Shown here piece after piece: positions 11,053 through 22,893 of a stretch of 64,000 bases of DNA; positions within the stretch are counted from its first letter, which is position 1; every line of letters starts with the position of its first letter. The DNA is taken from contig NW_026250414.1 of assembly GCF_024521635.1 (NCBI RefSeq), forward strand, positions 62,001 through 126,000, in the 5' to 3' direction. Position numbers and translations under genes: made by a program. The DNA is from Tricharina praecox. Taxonomy: Eukaryota. The notes below the pieces were generated by a model. That model saw only the letters and a program-made list of their open reading frames with translations. It was not told the origin of the DNA and ran no database searches.

Positions 11053-13883
11053 ATATCACGTGTTTGTTTCACTGTGTTTCGCTACATAATGCTGTGGTTG
11101 GGCTCATATCACTCGAAAAACGCAGGATTCATACTAGGTAGATTGTACTATGTAGAGTATGTCAAAGACAACGATGAAAAAAGCCGCGAGTAGTATTTAC
11201 TATGTATTATCTCACAAGCCGAAAGTGAAGTGAAGGGTTCAGATGATGACGAGATTGACATAAAGTAGGCAGAACAAGCGGATCGCGAGGTGAGAGCGTC
11301 GACTTGCGAGGAGCAAGGCGAAAAGCACTTGCACTTAACCAAGAGTCAAGTCAGCGCCTCCAAAAAGATCCATGATCGATATTGCACGACAGTCGAGATC
11401 ACGGCTACGCAAGCCTGTTTTCGACCAAGTCCAAGCCACAGAATGGTGAGCCAGCCGATTTTGACTGTGGTGCTCACCATCTATCATCCGCTTCTAGATA
11501 CATGATCGCAAGTTCGTAAGTTTGCAACAACAATAATAAAAGTGCGAAAAGTTGAAACTTAAGGCCTAGAAAGCGGCCTCGTCCTCTCGCACAGTCACTT
11601 CCAAATTCCAGGTTCCAAGTTCCGCCGCTGGTGAGCCATTATGTCGCACCCCACCCGTCTTCCAAGTTCCCTCGAAGAGTCAAAAGTCTGGAATCTTCGG
11701 TCGCCTACCCACTAGTTATACAAATAACTGCACTCTCGTCCACGAACCGACTTCAACCGAGAGCCCCACATACACGCGTGGAATCTTCGCAGCTACTAGC
11801 TTCGCGAGTCGCTGGTCCCGCACGTGATTGATGAATGATGGATGGTGAAGCAGCAATGTGATTGCGCGAAGCAAACGGCAACGAGTGATACTCCGGCCGC
11901 GAATAGCGGCCGCCGGCACCGTACACTACCTACACTACCCATGCGGGCCACTACCGGCGTTACGGCGTATGGCGCGCACGGAAATCGGCGGATACACGGA
12001 AACGCCGAACTCTGTTTACCTGGAGCTATTCGGAGGTCGGAGGTCGCAGATCGGAGGCTGGCGGGATATGGATGTATTATGTATAGTACCGGTTACCTCT
12101 CCGTGGTGCTCCTGACTTCGCGTTTGGAAACGGTAAGGTGATTCTCGGTGGAGCTCTGTTCGGCTAGTTAGGCTTTGAGGCATCGACGATAGGTACCAAG
12201 TACCTAATGTACCTACCTGTACCTGCTTATGTACCCTATGTACCCAAGTACCCAAGTATTTTCCCCGCCGGCGGCCGGCCCCACTGTTCAGGACGTCAGA
12301 AGGCTGAAGCAAGTATATACCTCCTACATACCTCCTACACACCAAAATCTTACATCCTACATACTATACATAGACACTCACATAGATTTACCCGCGCGAA
12401 CCTGGAGTCCCGGACCTCCTCGACTTCACTTCCGCCATTGCCCTTCCACCTTCCCCTTTTCTTCTCCGTCTTCCACGCCTCTCCTGTCTCCCCCATCTTC
12501 CTCCTCTTCCACGCCTCTCCTGTTCCCCCGTCTTCCCCGTCTTCCAGTCTTCCACCGTTCTGGTCCTCTCCGACCCGGACCCGGACCCTGAATTCAACCA
12601 CCGGGCCACCCGGCTCGGATCGGCACGGATCGGCGCGGGTTTCACTGTTCACAGTTGGCGTGTGAACTATTTTTGCCGCGTCCGTATTCCCTAGAGTCTA
12701 GTACGGTACCTGCTATGTAGTATATAGTACTATACATATCAGGTACATACCCGTACATACCAGGTACCAGTTCTGGACTCTGGAGTCTAGTTACCGACCC
12801 GAGGGCCGGCCGACCCTTGAACCCGGTAACCACCTGGTAACCAACCCGCGGATCTTTAACTATCAGCCCCGCCTGTACTCTGGTTACTGACATACATGCA
12901 TCCTACCAACCTATGCATTGTGCAATAAATATCGGGTTGTCTCACGTGACGTTTAGGCCCGCCATGTGGAGAGGCTGGTCAGTGACCTCCTGGCCAGTGC
13001 CGGCCGTTGGGGCTATCATATCTACTCTACCAACCCACCAACCCACCGTGCGGCTGGCGAATAATCTCGAGATCGGATCAGAGTTCTCAACTTTCAGCAA
13101 ACGGCGTCTACTATGTCTACCGTGTAGCCGTGAGGTTTCGTCCATTAATTTCAGATGGACCGGCGAACAACTGAGGGGTGTCCGACGTGGCCGTTTTCTG
13201 TGCGTGTGTGTTTTCCGTGCGTGGGTGGGTGCGCATTATGGGTGGGCCTTTTATGCTCCGGCCGACTCGCCTCGACGGGAAGTGGGGTTTCACGTACTCT
13301 ACTTTGACGAGCGGGGAAGTGCACACTGCAAAGCTGATGTGTTTTCGGTTTTCAGTTTTCACTTCCCCATGGACCATGGCTTTCTCTCCTCTCTCATCGT
13401 GAAAATTAAAAACTCGGGTCTCAGTGTCGCCAGTACTATAAAATAGAACTAGAACTAGAACTCGGTATGTATTCTTACTAAGAAAAATAGAGAAAAAATA
13501 TTGAGAAACGCCCATATGTAAAATTGTAAATCCCTAAAATGCAACGAAATGGAAATGCTTCCGTTCCGGCACCGCCTTGTCTTCACTGATCACTTGAATA
13601 ACCAATCGAGCACTACCGATTGAACCTGCCCGGTTACCTCCCAGCATTCCCACCAAAAATCAAAAGGCAGAAGACAGAAGAGAGACGCCCATATGCAAAT
13701 CCACCAATGCTCCGTTCCTCCACCGCCATGACTCCCCAAACTCGACCGCGCCTCCACTGCCAACCTCCACCGCCAACCCCCAGAACCACTCGCCCATTCC
13801 CCATTACCCATCGCCCCCCCTCCCCACCGCCTCCCCTTCCATCTCATCTCTTGCCCATCACCCCCATCCCCTCGCATCCAGCC

Positions 13884-15761
13884 CTACCGCCTAACCGTCC
13901 CAATCCTGAGAACGCCCGCAATTCCCATCCCCGCACCCACTCCCGCTCCTATTCCCGCTCCCACACCCTGTCCCGCCCCCGCCGCACTACCAGTATAAAC
14001 CTGCAAGACCTCATCAAACTCGTCGGTATACTCCTCATCGTCCTCCTCCTCGTCCTCATCGCGGACGTACTTATCCTTAAACGTCAGCGTGCGTCTGATC
14101 TCGTTGAACAGGTTCGAGATCTGCGGTTTGGATTCTGATATCGTAGGGGTGGCGGTGGGCGTGGGCGAAGTGGGTGAAGTGGGGGTGCGCGGGAGCATAG
14201 GCCCTGGGGAGGGGGGGGAGATGGGCGAGGGGGAGGGCGAGGGGGATGGGGAGGGCTGCGCTGCTTGCACGCGGTGGAAGGCTGCGCTGTGTGGAGCTAC
14301 CATGGTGGTGTTCGTGATGATCGTTGGTAGGTGGATTTTTGCGCGCGCCGGCTTGACTTCGCGCACGAAAAAGGTGGATGAGCGCGGCATTTCCAGCGGT
14401 CTCGGGGTCCACGCCTGCGGCGGGGGAATGGCCTCGTCGTAGTGCTGCGTGGGCGGGTTCATCGGTGGTGGTGGTGGTGGTGAAGACGGTCGCCGCGCTG
14501 GGGTGGACGGCATTTCGACGGGCGTGGACATGCTCTGTTTTGGCGTGGCGGGCACGAATGTGCACACGCTCTGCAGCATTGCCGGGCCGAGGAACTGGCG
14601 CTCCATGTCGTCGATCAGCTCGACTTCTGTTTCTGACGATTCTTCTTCGTGAGCCTCCTCCGCCGCCTCCTCCGCCGAGGATTGCCGCTCGATGTCGTCG
14701 ATTTCGGCTTGCAGCATTGCCGAGATCTCGTCGACGTCGTTGGAGTTCTGCGCTGGGTGGAAGGCGAGATATTCGCTGCTGCGCGGGCGTGGGCCCTGCG
14801 AAACGTACTTGTTCTGCGTGGGCAGGGCCGGCATCGTCTGCCGGTTCCTTCTGGCGTTTGCAGTGCCGCGGGTGAGGGAGACGGGGCGCGAAATGCGGAG
14901 GGGGACCGGAAGATTTTCCTCGCCGGGACCCGGATGAGAGGAGGGTTGCTGTGATGCGGATGGGGCTGCCGTGAGCTGTGGTCGTCGCAATGGGTCCGAG
15001 GTTGTTCGTCGAGTCGTCGACGAGGGTCTCGCGACATCGGGCATGGCGGTTATCTGGCATAGTGGACGGCTTTGAGGTTGCTGCGATGGCGGTGTTCTTG
15101 ACCGCTGACGGGCTGGGTCGGACACTGCTCGGTGGGAATTCGGAGGCCGTGTGTTTGAGCATGGTCGAGTAGGCTCGGCGTACTGCGGTGGCTTTGGTGG
15201 AGCTGGTGGATAGTTGTGTGGTTGTGCCGGCGGACAGACTGTCTGACGAGGCTGGAAGTACTCATATTGCTCCTGCTGGTGCTGGTGCGCTTGCGGCCGA
15301 ACTTGAGGCTGGGAGTATTTGTAGTGCTGCTGCTGCTGCACTGGTTGCCGAGTTTGAGGCTGATAGTAATCGTATTGCTGCTGCTGCACTGGTGGCGGAA
15401 CCTGTGGCTGGTGGTAGACCGACTGCTGTTGGCACGATGGCTGCTTCGGTGGCAGTGGTGGTGGAGAATCTCGCTGACGAGAGGGCAGTTGCTGTGGTGG
15501 TGTACGAGATGGTTCTCGAGGGGGCGGTGGAGGTGGACAGCTGTGTTGGCGTCGATATTGCTGCTGTGGTTGTTGCAACGACGTAGGTCTTCTGGAAGCC
15601 CTCGACGAAGGCACCGGCTCATGTTCTACAGAACGAGGTCGTGGAGGTGGCGGCGGCGGTATCATGTACTGTGGTGGTGCCGAGTTCATCTGCGCGAACT
15701 TCGTGTATATCGAGGGCAACTCGGTGTGCTGCGCTCGGCGGGGACGAGGTGCGCGCGACAT
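13884..15761 (-). CDS. Pro/Gln-rich, probably disordered hypothetical protein
   Basis: 625-aa uninterrupted ATG ORF; no recognisable domain. Confidence 0.8.
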   Translation of the reverse strand: MSRAPRPRRAQHTELPSIYTKFAQMNSAPPQYMIPPPPPPRPRSVEHEPVPSSRASRRPTSLQQPQQQYRRQHSCPPPPPPREPSRTPPQQLPSRQRDSPPPLPPKQPSCQQQSVYHQPQVPPPVQQQQYDYYQPQTRQPVQQQQHYKYSQPQVRPQAHQHQQEQYEYFQPRQTVCPPAQPHNYPPAPPKPPQYAEPTRPCSNTRPPNSHRAVSDPARQRSRTPPSQQPQSRPLCQITAMPDVARPSSTTRRTTSDPLRRPQLTAAPSASQQPSSHPGPGEENLPVPLRISRPVSLTRGTANARRNRQTMPALPTQNKYVSQGPRPRSSEYLAFHPAQNSNDVDEISAMLQAEIDDIERQSSAEEAAEEAHEEESSETEVELIDDMERQFLGPAMLQSVCTFVPATPKQSMSTPVEMPSTPARRPSSPPPPPPMNPPTQHYDEAIPPPQAWTPRPLEMPRSSTFFVREVKPARAKIHLPTIITNTTMVAPHSAAFHRVQAAQPSPSPSPSPSPISPPSPGPMLPRTPTSPTSPTPTATPTISESKPQISNLFNEIRRTLTFKDKYVRDEDEEEDDEEYTDEFDEVLQVYTGSAAGAGQGVGAGIGAGVGAGMGIAGVLRIGTVRR

Positions 15762-17074
15762 ACTAGATATCGGATGTGGGTTCGGCGTTTAGGTGCTTTC
15801 GTGCCGTGCTGTTGGAACCGGTCCGGTGAAGTCAATGGCTCCGGTTGAATGAATGGCTGGTGAATGCGGATCAGTTTTGGTACCTTTGGAATTCCTGGAG
15901 CAAGAAACGAAAGAAAGATCAGCACGGGCTGGGAAGGAAGGAAGGACGGTCTTAAGTGTGTGTTCAGCTCTCGCTCGCTCCCATACTGGGACTGTGGGTG
16001 ACCGTCAGCTCGCGGCTTAATTCAGCCCTGTGCTGGCATGGGTGCTGTGCTGGAACCACTAATCCGTCGGGGCGACCACACGATGTGACGATGGCCCATC
16101 CACACGAGATATTTCGAGCTTATCAATATCCAAGCGGGGGTGTAGGAGGTGTGGGTTTATTTTGGACAGGTCAGTGGGGCTTCTCGATTCAAGATTGCCG
16201 CCATATCATGTCATATGTCATAAGTCACTGTGCCCTCTTGCTGGGCCACAGTGTGGTGAGAAATGAGAAGTGAGCGAAGTGAGCAGTGAGCAGTGAGAAG
16301 GCTGTGGCTGTGGCTGAATGTATTGTATTTTACAGTTTCATACCAATGGCGGCGCGGATGGGGTGGTGCAGGAATAGGCCGGGCCCGACGGGGACTGGCG
16401 CCTGAATCGGCCGGGTTGTGTGTCAGCTGCGAGGTGCTGGGTCAGCCGGAGCGCGACTCGCGAGAAGGTACTCAGATATCCACCTGGGTACCGTAATCCA
16501 ATGGACTAGAGGAAAAAGTAGGTACCTATTAGAAGAAGCAATCAAATCAGTACAGATGCGATGCGCAGGTGGGGGTAATACTGAGCGTCGTGAATTCACG
16601 GTGGAGTGACGAACGGGAGCTCGCTGCTCGACGACGACGACGCCTAAGCGGGTTTGCTAAGCAAGGGCCGGCGCCGCGGAAGAATGGCGGCGGTACAGTT
16701 GGTTAGTAGCGGCTGTTGGGGGCGGAAGCCATCAGATTATGGTCGTCGCCTGCCGACTGTGGCCGGTCAGCGGCGATCGCTGTCACGGTTCGCAGAGCGG
16801 GCGTCAGTCACCCCGGATTTTCCGCCGGAACATGCCACCGGCAATTCAGAGCATGCAGGGATGCGGGGGTAATTGGAATTTAGTCATCTCGTCCGAACGG
16901 CGAACAGTGAACAGTGAACACAATTATGTAGGTAAGAAGTACCCTAAAGATAGGGCCGCGGAAGAAGGAAGTTCGAGCTCGGCAGGAGAGCTAATGGGAT
17001 GGTGAGAAGCGAGCAACCACAAGCCGAGGGGTGCGGGCGCGGTTGGTGGAGATGGCATTGCCACGGCTCGACTG

Positions 17075-17690
17075 GATGCATAAGGAGGGCTCAGCTATGC
17101 TTGATAATTCCCACAGCATGGAAGGTAGTGTAAGGAGGGCTGAGGTCGTTGGGTACCGTGGTAGCTCACGTGCAGGGTACTTGATGTTTCAGACTCTCGG
17201 TTCTGCTGTCTCGACGCTTGGCGCACAGATTTTTGCCTGAACAGGACGGCAAATAGATAAAAGTAGGATACCTCGGGATTCCCGATACAGTATGCCATTC
17301 GCTGTATACGGCAGTAATGAAATTACGCCTTGAGTTATTACTGTATGCATACGGGAGGGCTCAGCCGCGTCTAAAGAGGGCGGAGGACCTGAGGTACCGT
17401 AATAGTTAACTCACAAAAGGTATCATAGGTACTCGATGTCTCGGTTCTGCTTTCTCGACACTTGTTGCACGGATTGTTGCAGGCTGAACAGGAAGTAAAA
17501 CAGATAAAAGTTGAGTATCCAACGTTTTCCCATAACACAAGCCAAGATTCCCGATACAGAAAGCCACTCGCCCTGTGCGGCAATAATGTATTTACCTTTC
17601 AGTTTGTGTGAGTTATTACTGTACTTAATGCATAAGCAGGGCTCTGACATGCGCAAAGAGGGCTGGCCCAGCTCAGCTGAGGTATGATAA
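17075..17690. repeat. Degenerate tandem duplication, ~270-280 bp unit, ~2.3 copies
   Basis: ATGCATA..AGGGCTC at ~17076, ~17346, ~17628; CTCGGTTCTGCT.TCTCGAC, CTGAACAGGA, AGATAAAAGT, GATTCCCGATACAG and TGAGTTATTACTGTA each occur twice, in order. Confidence 0.85.
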
Positions 17691-18674
17691 GAATGATGGC
17701 TCCCAGAAAACCCCAAGCAATTCTATCCCGTATGTAGGTCTCCCCATCGACGGACAAAGTGCGCAGGCCGAACTGTGAGTGCTGATGTTCGGAGTCGCTG
17801 CGGTTCTCAGCCTCGCAGTGACGGTTACTCCACTGGAGAGATGCTTCGGTGACGTTCTGTTTCTTCATCACCAACGCGGCCTGAACGCGACTCCACCGTG
17901 TATGTAGAAAGAAACAAACGATATCGTAGCATAGCCTTAACTACATCATACCCCCTTTTTTGTTGGAGTATAGTACTAGTATACACTGTACAGATGATCT
18001 CACAGCCATCCACTCAGACGACGCCATACACACCTTCATATGCCATCACTCGGATTCCGTCTCATCGCCAGTACTCTTTGTATGATACTCATTATGCGAC
18101 GCCACGCTCATCAACGAACTGGAGAAGAAGGTCTCAGATGGTAAACAAAAGAAAAAGAAAAGGCATGACACCAAACATCACGATATGGTGCACCAGGTAT
18201 TCCTCAAAGCAGTGGGAAAAGAGCACAGCCGTAAAGTCCCGTCGTTTCCATCGTTTCCATCATCTTTCACTTCCACCCACACCGGCACTGGGACCTCCCT
18301 TCTCACTGCGAGCGAAACCCCTTCCTCTTTCTCAGCGTTGCGTTCCCCGACGTTCCCGGCGTCCCTAGCGTCCCTGCAGCAGCATTGCCAGGCTCTCTCC
18401 AGTCACCGCCCGAGGAGAACACAGATGGCCGAAATGTGGACTGTATAGTAGATTTCGTTGACGAGTGTGCGCCATCCTGACTGTCCCCACTCCAGCGCCC
18501 AATGCGGGCAATGACACCCTCCACCGACTCGAGCGACAGCGGCAACCACGCATGCAGAATACCTGTTTCCTTGAATCCATCAGATTTTCCAGCGCTTGGA
18601 GGCTGCTGCAGTCACCCATCTCCCTTAGCGATCATGAGCATTTTACGACGACGGGCCCCGGAGTGCAGCGTTAA

Positions 18675-19697
18675 CTAGGTAGGTAGGTAGTGTCTTCTTA
18701 CCGCGGGGGGATCCATAGGCAGCTCCACAAGTCCCTCGCCACACAGCATGCTCTCTTCAATAGCCTGGAGGACCGCACGTCTTGCCGCCTCTCGCGTGGG
18801 ACATCCGGCCAGGAAGCCCATTTGTTCCAGCCGCTCCAGCACCTCTTCTGGTGAGTACCGGCGCCGGTGTACGAATGTCGCGGTGGTGGTGGCTGTGGTG
18901 GCTGTGGGTTGAGGCGCAGAATTGCCCCCCGCACTGGGCGCGACGGGAAGGGGTGGTGCCGACTGCCGCTCCTGGTGCATCAGGGCGGCTCCTCCACCAC
19001 CACCACCACCACCACCAGAGTCTCCTTCTGCGGGAGTCTGGTTCTCGCTGACTTCCTTGTTGGTTTGAGGGGCCTCCAGAGCTGCCCCGTAGCGGTCGTG
19101 GGGCTGGGGGTGGGGCCGGCCGGCTGGTTTGCGGGGTAGCTCGTCTGCTTGATTAGGAGCAAGTATGGGATCTACTGCTGCCGCCGCACGCTCGGTGGAG
19201 GTGGAAGTTGGCGGCGGTCCGAGACATGGCCCGTGAGCTGGCGATGGCGATGGCGATGGCGATGCCGATATTTCGTCACCAGAGAACACCACGCTCCTCT
19301 TGCGATCACTCGGCCGTAGAACCCGTCCACCCCGGTTTGCAGCGGCTTCCGGAGACACCGATGGCGGACTGGGGATGTGGCCGTGGTTGTTGCATAACTG
19401 AAAGCGACTCGCGGTAGCACTCGACTCCTTGCCTAACTCGCCTCCGTTCTTGGCCGCTTCGCCGGCGGTGCTGATGGCGATCATCGTGCGCACATCCGTA
19501 TCACTACTATAGTGGCAAGTTAACGTGGGGACTGTAGCATCACTGCTTCTATCAGCTCACGTAGTCTCTTCGGCAGCACGGTATTCGTCGGAGAAAGTAG
19601 GGATTTCGGTATCGCTGCTTGCGTCGGCAAGCGTGTTCGCTTCAACGGCGTGGCGTTCACTAGCGAGCGTGGAAACATCTGCCTCGTCCGCCGTCAT
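18675..19697 (-). CDS. Hypothetical low-complexity protein, 2 exons
   Basis: Exon 1 MTADEADV... (19697-19561) ends at a GTGAG donor; a TTAAC branch and TAG acceptor near 19507 join it in frame to the 272-aa ORF. Confidence 0.6.
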
Positions 19698-20308
19698 CGT
19701 GGCAATGCCTTGCAGGCGCGGCGTGTGAGAGTGAGTGAGTGTAGAGGTGAGAATGGAATAACGAATGAGGGAGTAGAGAACGTGGGTGGACGATGAATGG
19801 CCCGGGCTGGTTGAATGGCACAGGCAGATGATGATGGATGGGTTGGTTGCATGGGTGGGGTAGACCTTCCGAACAGACTTCGGAATAGACTTTAAACTGT
19901 GACTTTTGTACACGCGCCTCAGTTAATCGATCGAGGGCACTTTTACGAAATGTTCCATCCTCTCACCCCCTCCGTGCCCGCCAACCCTGGCTCCAACACT
20001 GAGTCTGACAGTTACCGGCAGCTTTCTTCCCGACGGTCAATGGAGCGAGTCTTCGTCCAGCTGTAGAGCCGAGCGAAAGCTGAGAAATCACTGTATCAGG
20101 CATTGTACAGTGTTGCGTGGCAGGTTTATGGAAGTAGAGGAGAAATCATTGCTCTGAGAGCTGTTGATAGCATCTCATCTGCACCCGCTCGTGCGCTCGA
20201 GGAAGTTTGTGCTATGTGGTCATCACTCGGATACGGAGTCTTAAAACAAATTGGTATTGTTACCAGAATAGTGTCTGTTATGTTTAGTCTGTTCATTAGC
20301 ATTGACCA

Positions 20309-20380
20309 AGCAACATGGCGCAGCGGAAGCGCGCCGGGCTCATAACCCGGAGGTCCCTCGATCGAAACGAGGTGTTGCTA
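20309..20380 (+). tRNA. Initiator tRNA-Met(CAT)
   Basis: A1-U72 pair, CCGGG-CTCATAA-CCCGG anticodon arm, ATCGAAA T loop diagnostic of eukaryotic initiator tRNA, downstream T run. Confidence 0.97.
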
Positions 20381-20463
20381 TTACTTTTTTTCTTAGTTTT
20401 TGCTTTGCCATCCCGCCTACCCATGGCCCATGGGAAGTGATTCACATTATGTGTGCATACAAT

Positions 20464-21210
20464 TTACTTCTCCAAGGTTATCTTCGCATCCTCCAACTCC
20501 ATCTTTGTTTCCTTCAACGGCCTAACAACCTCCCTAAACCCACCCTCCAGCACATCAATCAGCTGATCCAACCTCTCCACCACGCAATCTGTAAACTCAT
20601 GCTCGCGAATCGCGCCATTCCCGTCGTGACTCACCAGCACCGTCGCGGCACCGGCGCTCCGTCCGGCGGCCATATCATCGATCGAGTCACCGACCATGAG
20701 CACCTCGCTAGTCTGGCAGCCCCACAGGCGTGCAATATGTCGAATGCCATGTGGCTCCGGTTTCGGCGGATAAAACTCCCGGGTGACGACCGGATCGAAG
20801 GTATGTCGTAGACCGAGGTGTCTCGACAGCAGGTGCGACACCGGCGCCGCATAGTTGCGCGTCAGGATCGCCTTGCGGATGCCGTGCGCCGCCAGGTACT
20901 CGAGCAGCGGCTCGGCGCCCGCCGTAATGATCGCCGCCAGCATCGCCTCGTCTTCGATCCGCTCGATGAGCGCGAGCGAGCTCGCCGGATCGGCGCTCGT
21001 GGACACGTAGGAAAGAATGTCCACCCCCGAAGGAACGGACAGGAGCTGCCGCATCTTGATGAACATCCACGGCTGCGGCGTGGTGAGCGTGCCGTCGACG
21101 TCGAAGATTACGCCGGAGAGGGTCGGCGTTCCAGCCGCCGCCAACGCTGTGGGAGTAGCCGCGTTGGAGCTGCGCAGTGGGAGGAAGCGGAGGCGTGTGG
21201 GGAGAGACAT
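20464..21210 (-). CDS. HAD-superfamily hydrolase (YOR131C-like)
   Basis: Motif I IFDVDGTL, motif II ILTRN, KPEP, motif IV VGDSIDD; start placed at MSLPTRL (an upstream ATG is possible). Confidence 0.92.
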   Translation of the reverse strand: MSLPTRLRFLPLRSSNAATPTALAAAGTPTLSGVIFDVDGTLTTPQPWMFIKMRQLLSVPSGVDILSYVSTSADPASSLALIERIEDEAMLAAIITAGAEPLLEYLAAHGIRKAILTRNYAAPVSHLLSRHLGLRHTFDPVVTREFYPPKPEPHGIRHIARLWGCQTSEVLMVGDSIDDMAAGRSAGAATVLVSHDGNGAIREHEFTDCVVERLDQLIDVLEGGFREVVRPLKETKMELEDAKITLEK

Positions 21211-22893
21211 GGCGGTGATGTCGATTGAGGTGGGGTGGTGGGGTATGTTGTTGCATTGGACCCTGCACGGACCACCTGACGCCGGTTCGGGTGCGGTCAT
21301 TGTGAGGTAGGTAGGGGTGTTTGCGAGGCATCGGGAATCACTCGGACTGGACAATCGGCGGTGAGCGATGACGTGTGAGACCGAGCGTGTGGTCTCAAAT
21401 GAGCTTCAACACCTACTCCATCCCTTTGATAATATTCCAATCACTCTGGGTGAGGTGGGGAGAAAGAGATGGACCCGCTTATCTCTATCCGAGCGATAAG
21501 GCAAAGACCGACAAGGGAAGACGAGGGGCATAAGAGAAAGGACGAAGTAAGGGCGCGTTTTGATGAACTATATGTCACCACCATTTCGGATTTCCCTCAA
21601 GCTATGATCAGCGTCGGCCACCTAGTGGGGGGTACATAAAACGAGTGATTGGGCGCAATTGGGCATCAGCATTTTTAGAACTGCCGTCGGCTGAGCGAAG
21701 AAACGCTGAATGCACACACTGACAGTTAAACCAGACATCATCTGTACTCCTATTGCTTAGTGGGCCACTCGACTTCACCGGGCTATTTGTAGCGGGCTGA
21801 TGAGGATAGGTACATCTAGTTCTCGACGTTGAGACACGCCGACCCCGCTCACGGCTGACAGACACCCTTCAAAGCACATGTTGTCACTCGCTCTCCATCT
21901 GAATTCTTTTTTTGCGATCTGGATTCACCACGCGCTTCCAATACAACGCGATATTTACGACTCCGACAGGGAAGCAGACTTTTGCTCAGAAAAGGCGTTG
22001 ACAACTCAACCTGTCGTCCACCGACAGAGTAGAACCAATGTTTAAAAATCTACGATTTGGGCTCTTTAAGTGCGTCTGTTAGTAGGACTATGGGATGGGC
22101 CATGCGTGAATGTTATGGTTCAATGCAGAGCGCGACATGGTTCGTGAACACTCATTGGCTGCCGAGCCATTGCAAACCGATGGCCTGTCGACCAGCGGCT
22201 CAAGTGTACTGGAGATCACGAGGCACGGTCCAGTCGCGTCACGTTCTCCCAGTAGCCGGGACTGCACCCAATAAGGGGTCGAAGAACTGCAGCAAATTGG
22301 CCCTTCTCGGCAGTAAGCAGCCACCTTGCAGCAAATTCACTCGATCAGGTAGCTCGCTAACGCTTTCGGCACTAGCGCAGCGCACTTATCGCGGGCAGGA
22401 GTCATTTCGTCGCCGAAGGCAGCAATTCACGGCTCTAGAGTAGAGCTCCAAAGAGCTGTAGGTGCTCTGGGTATGCCCCGCCCCGCACCTACTACAAACT
22501 ATCGCACTCACTCCACCACCTCCTTCACCGCTCTACCGTTTGCAATCACAACTCCTCCTCCTCCTCCTTACTTTCTCCTCGCCCGAGTTCTCTCCGAAAT
22601 ACATAGCCGATCTCGCTCCATAATCTCTTGCCCTCTATTGTCCTTCTATCGGTTGTCCGCCTGCTCAAGTGCTCTGTTACTTCGCCTCGCTTGAATTCCA
22701 CGACAAAGGAAACCTTTATCGGTCGCCCCGCTTGCCCCTCGACACAATAGCTTCTGCTCGACAGGACTCTCGGCTTGCCAGCTGTCATTTCCGCCTGAGC
22801 GCTCGACAGCTGGACGAAACCACATCTTCCTACGAGTGGTTCAGCTCAGTATTCGAGGGACGGAACCCTGTGCTATCGGACACAGCACCCGAG

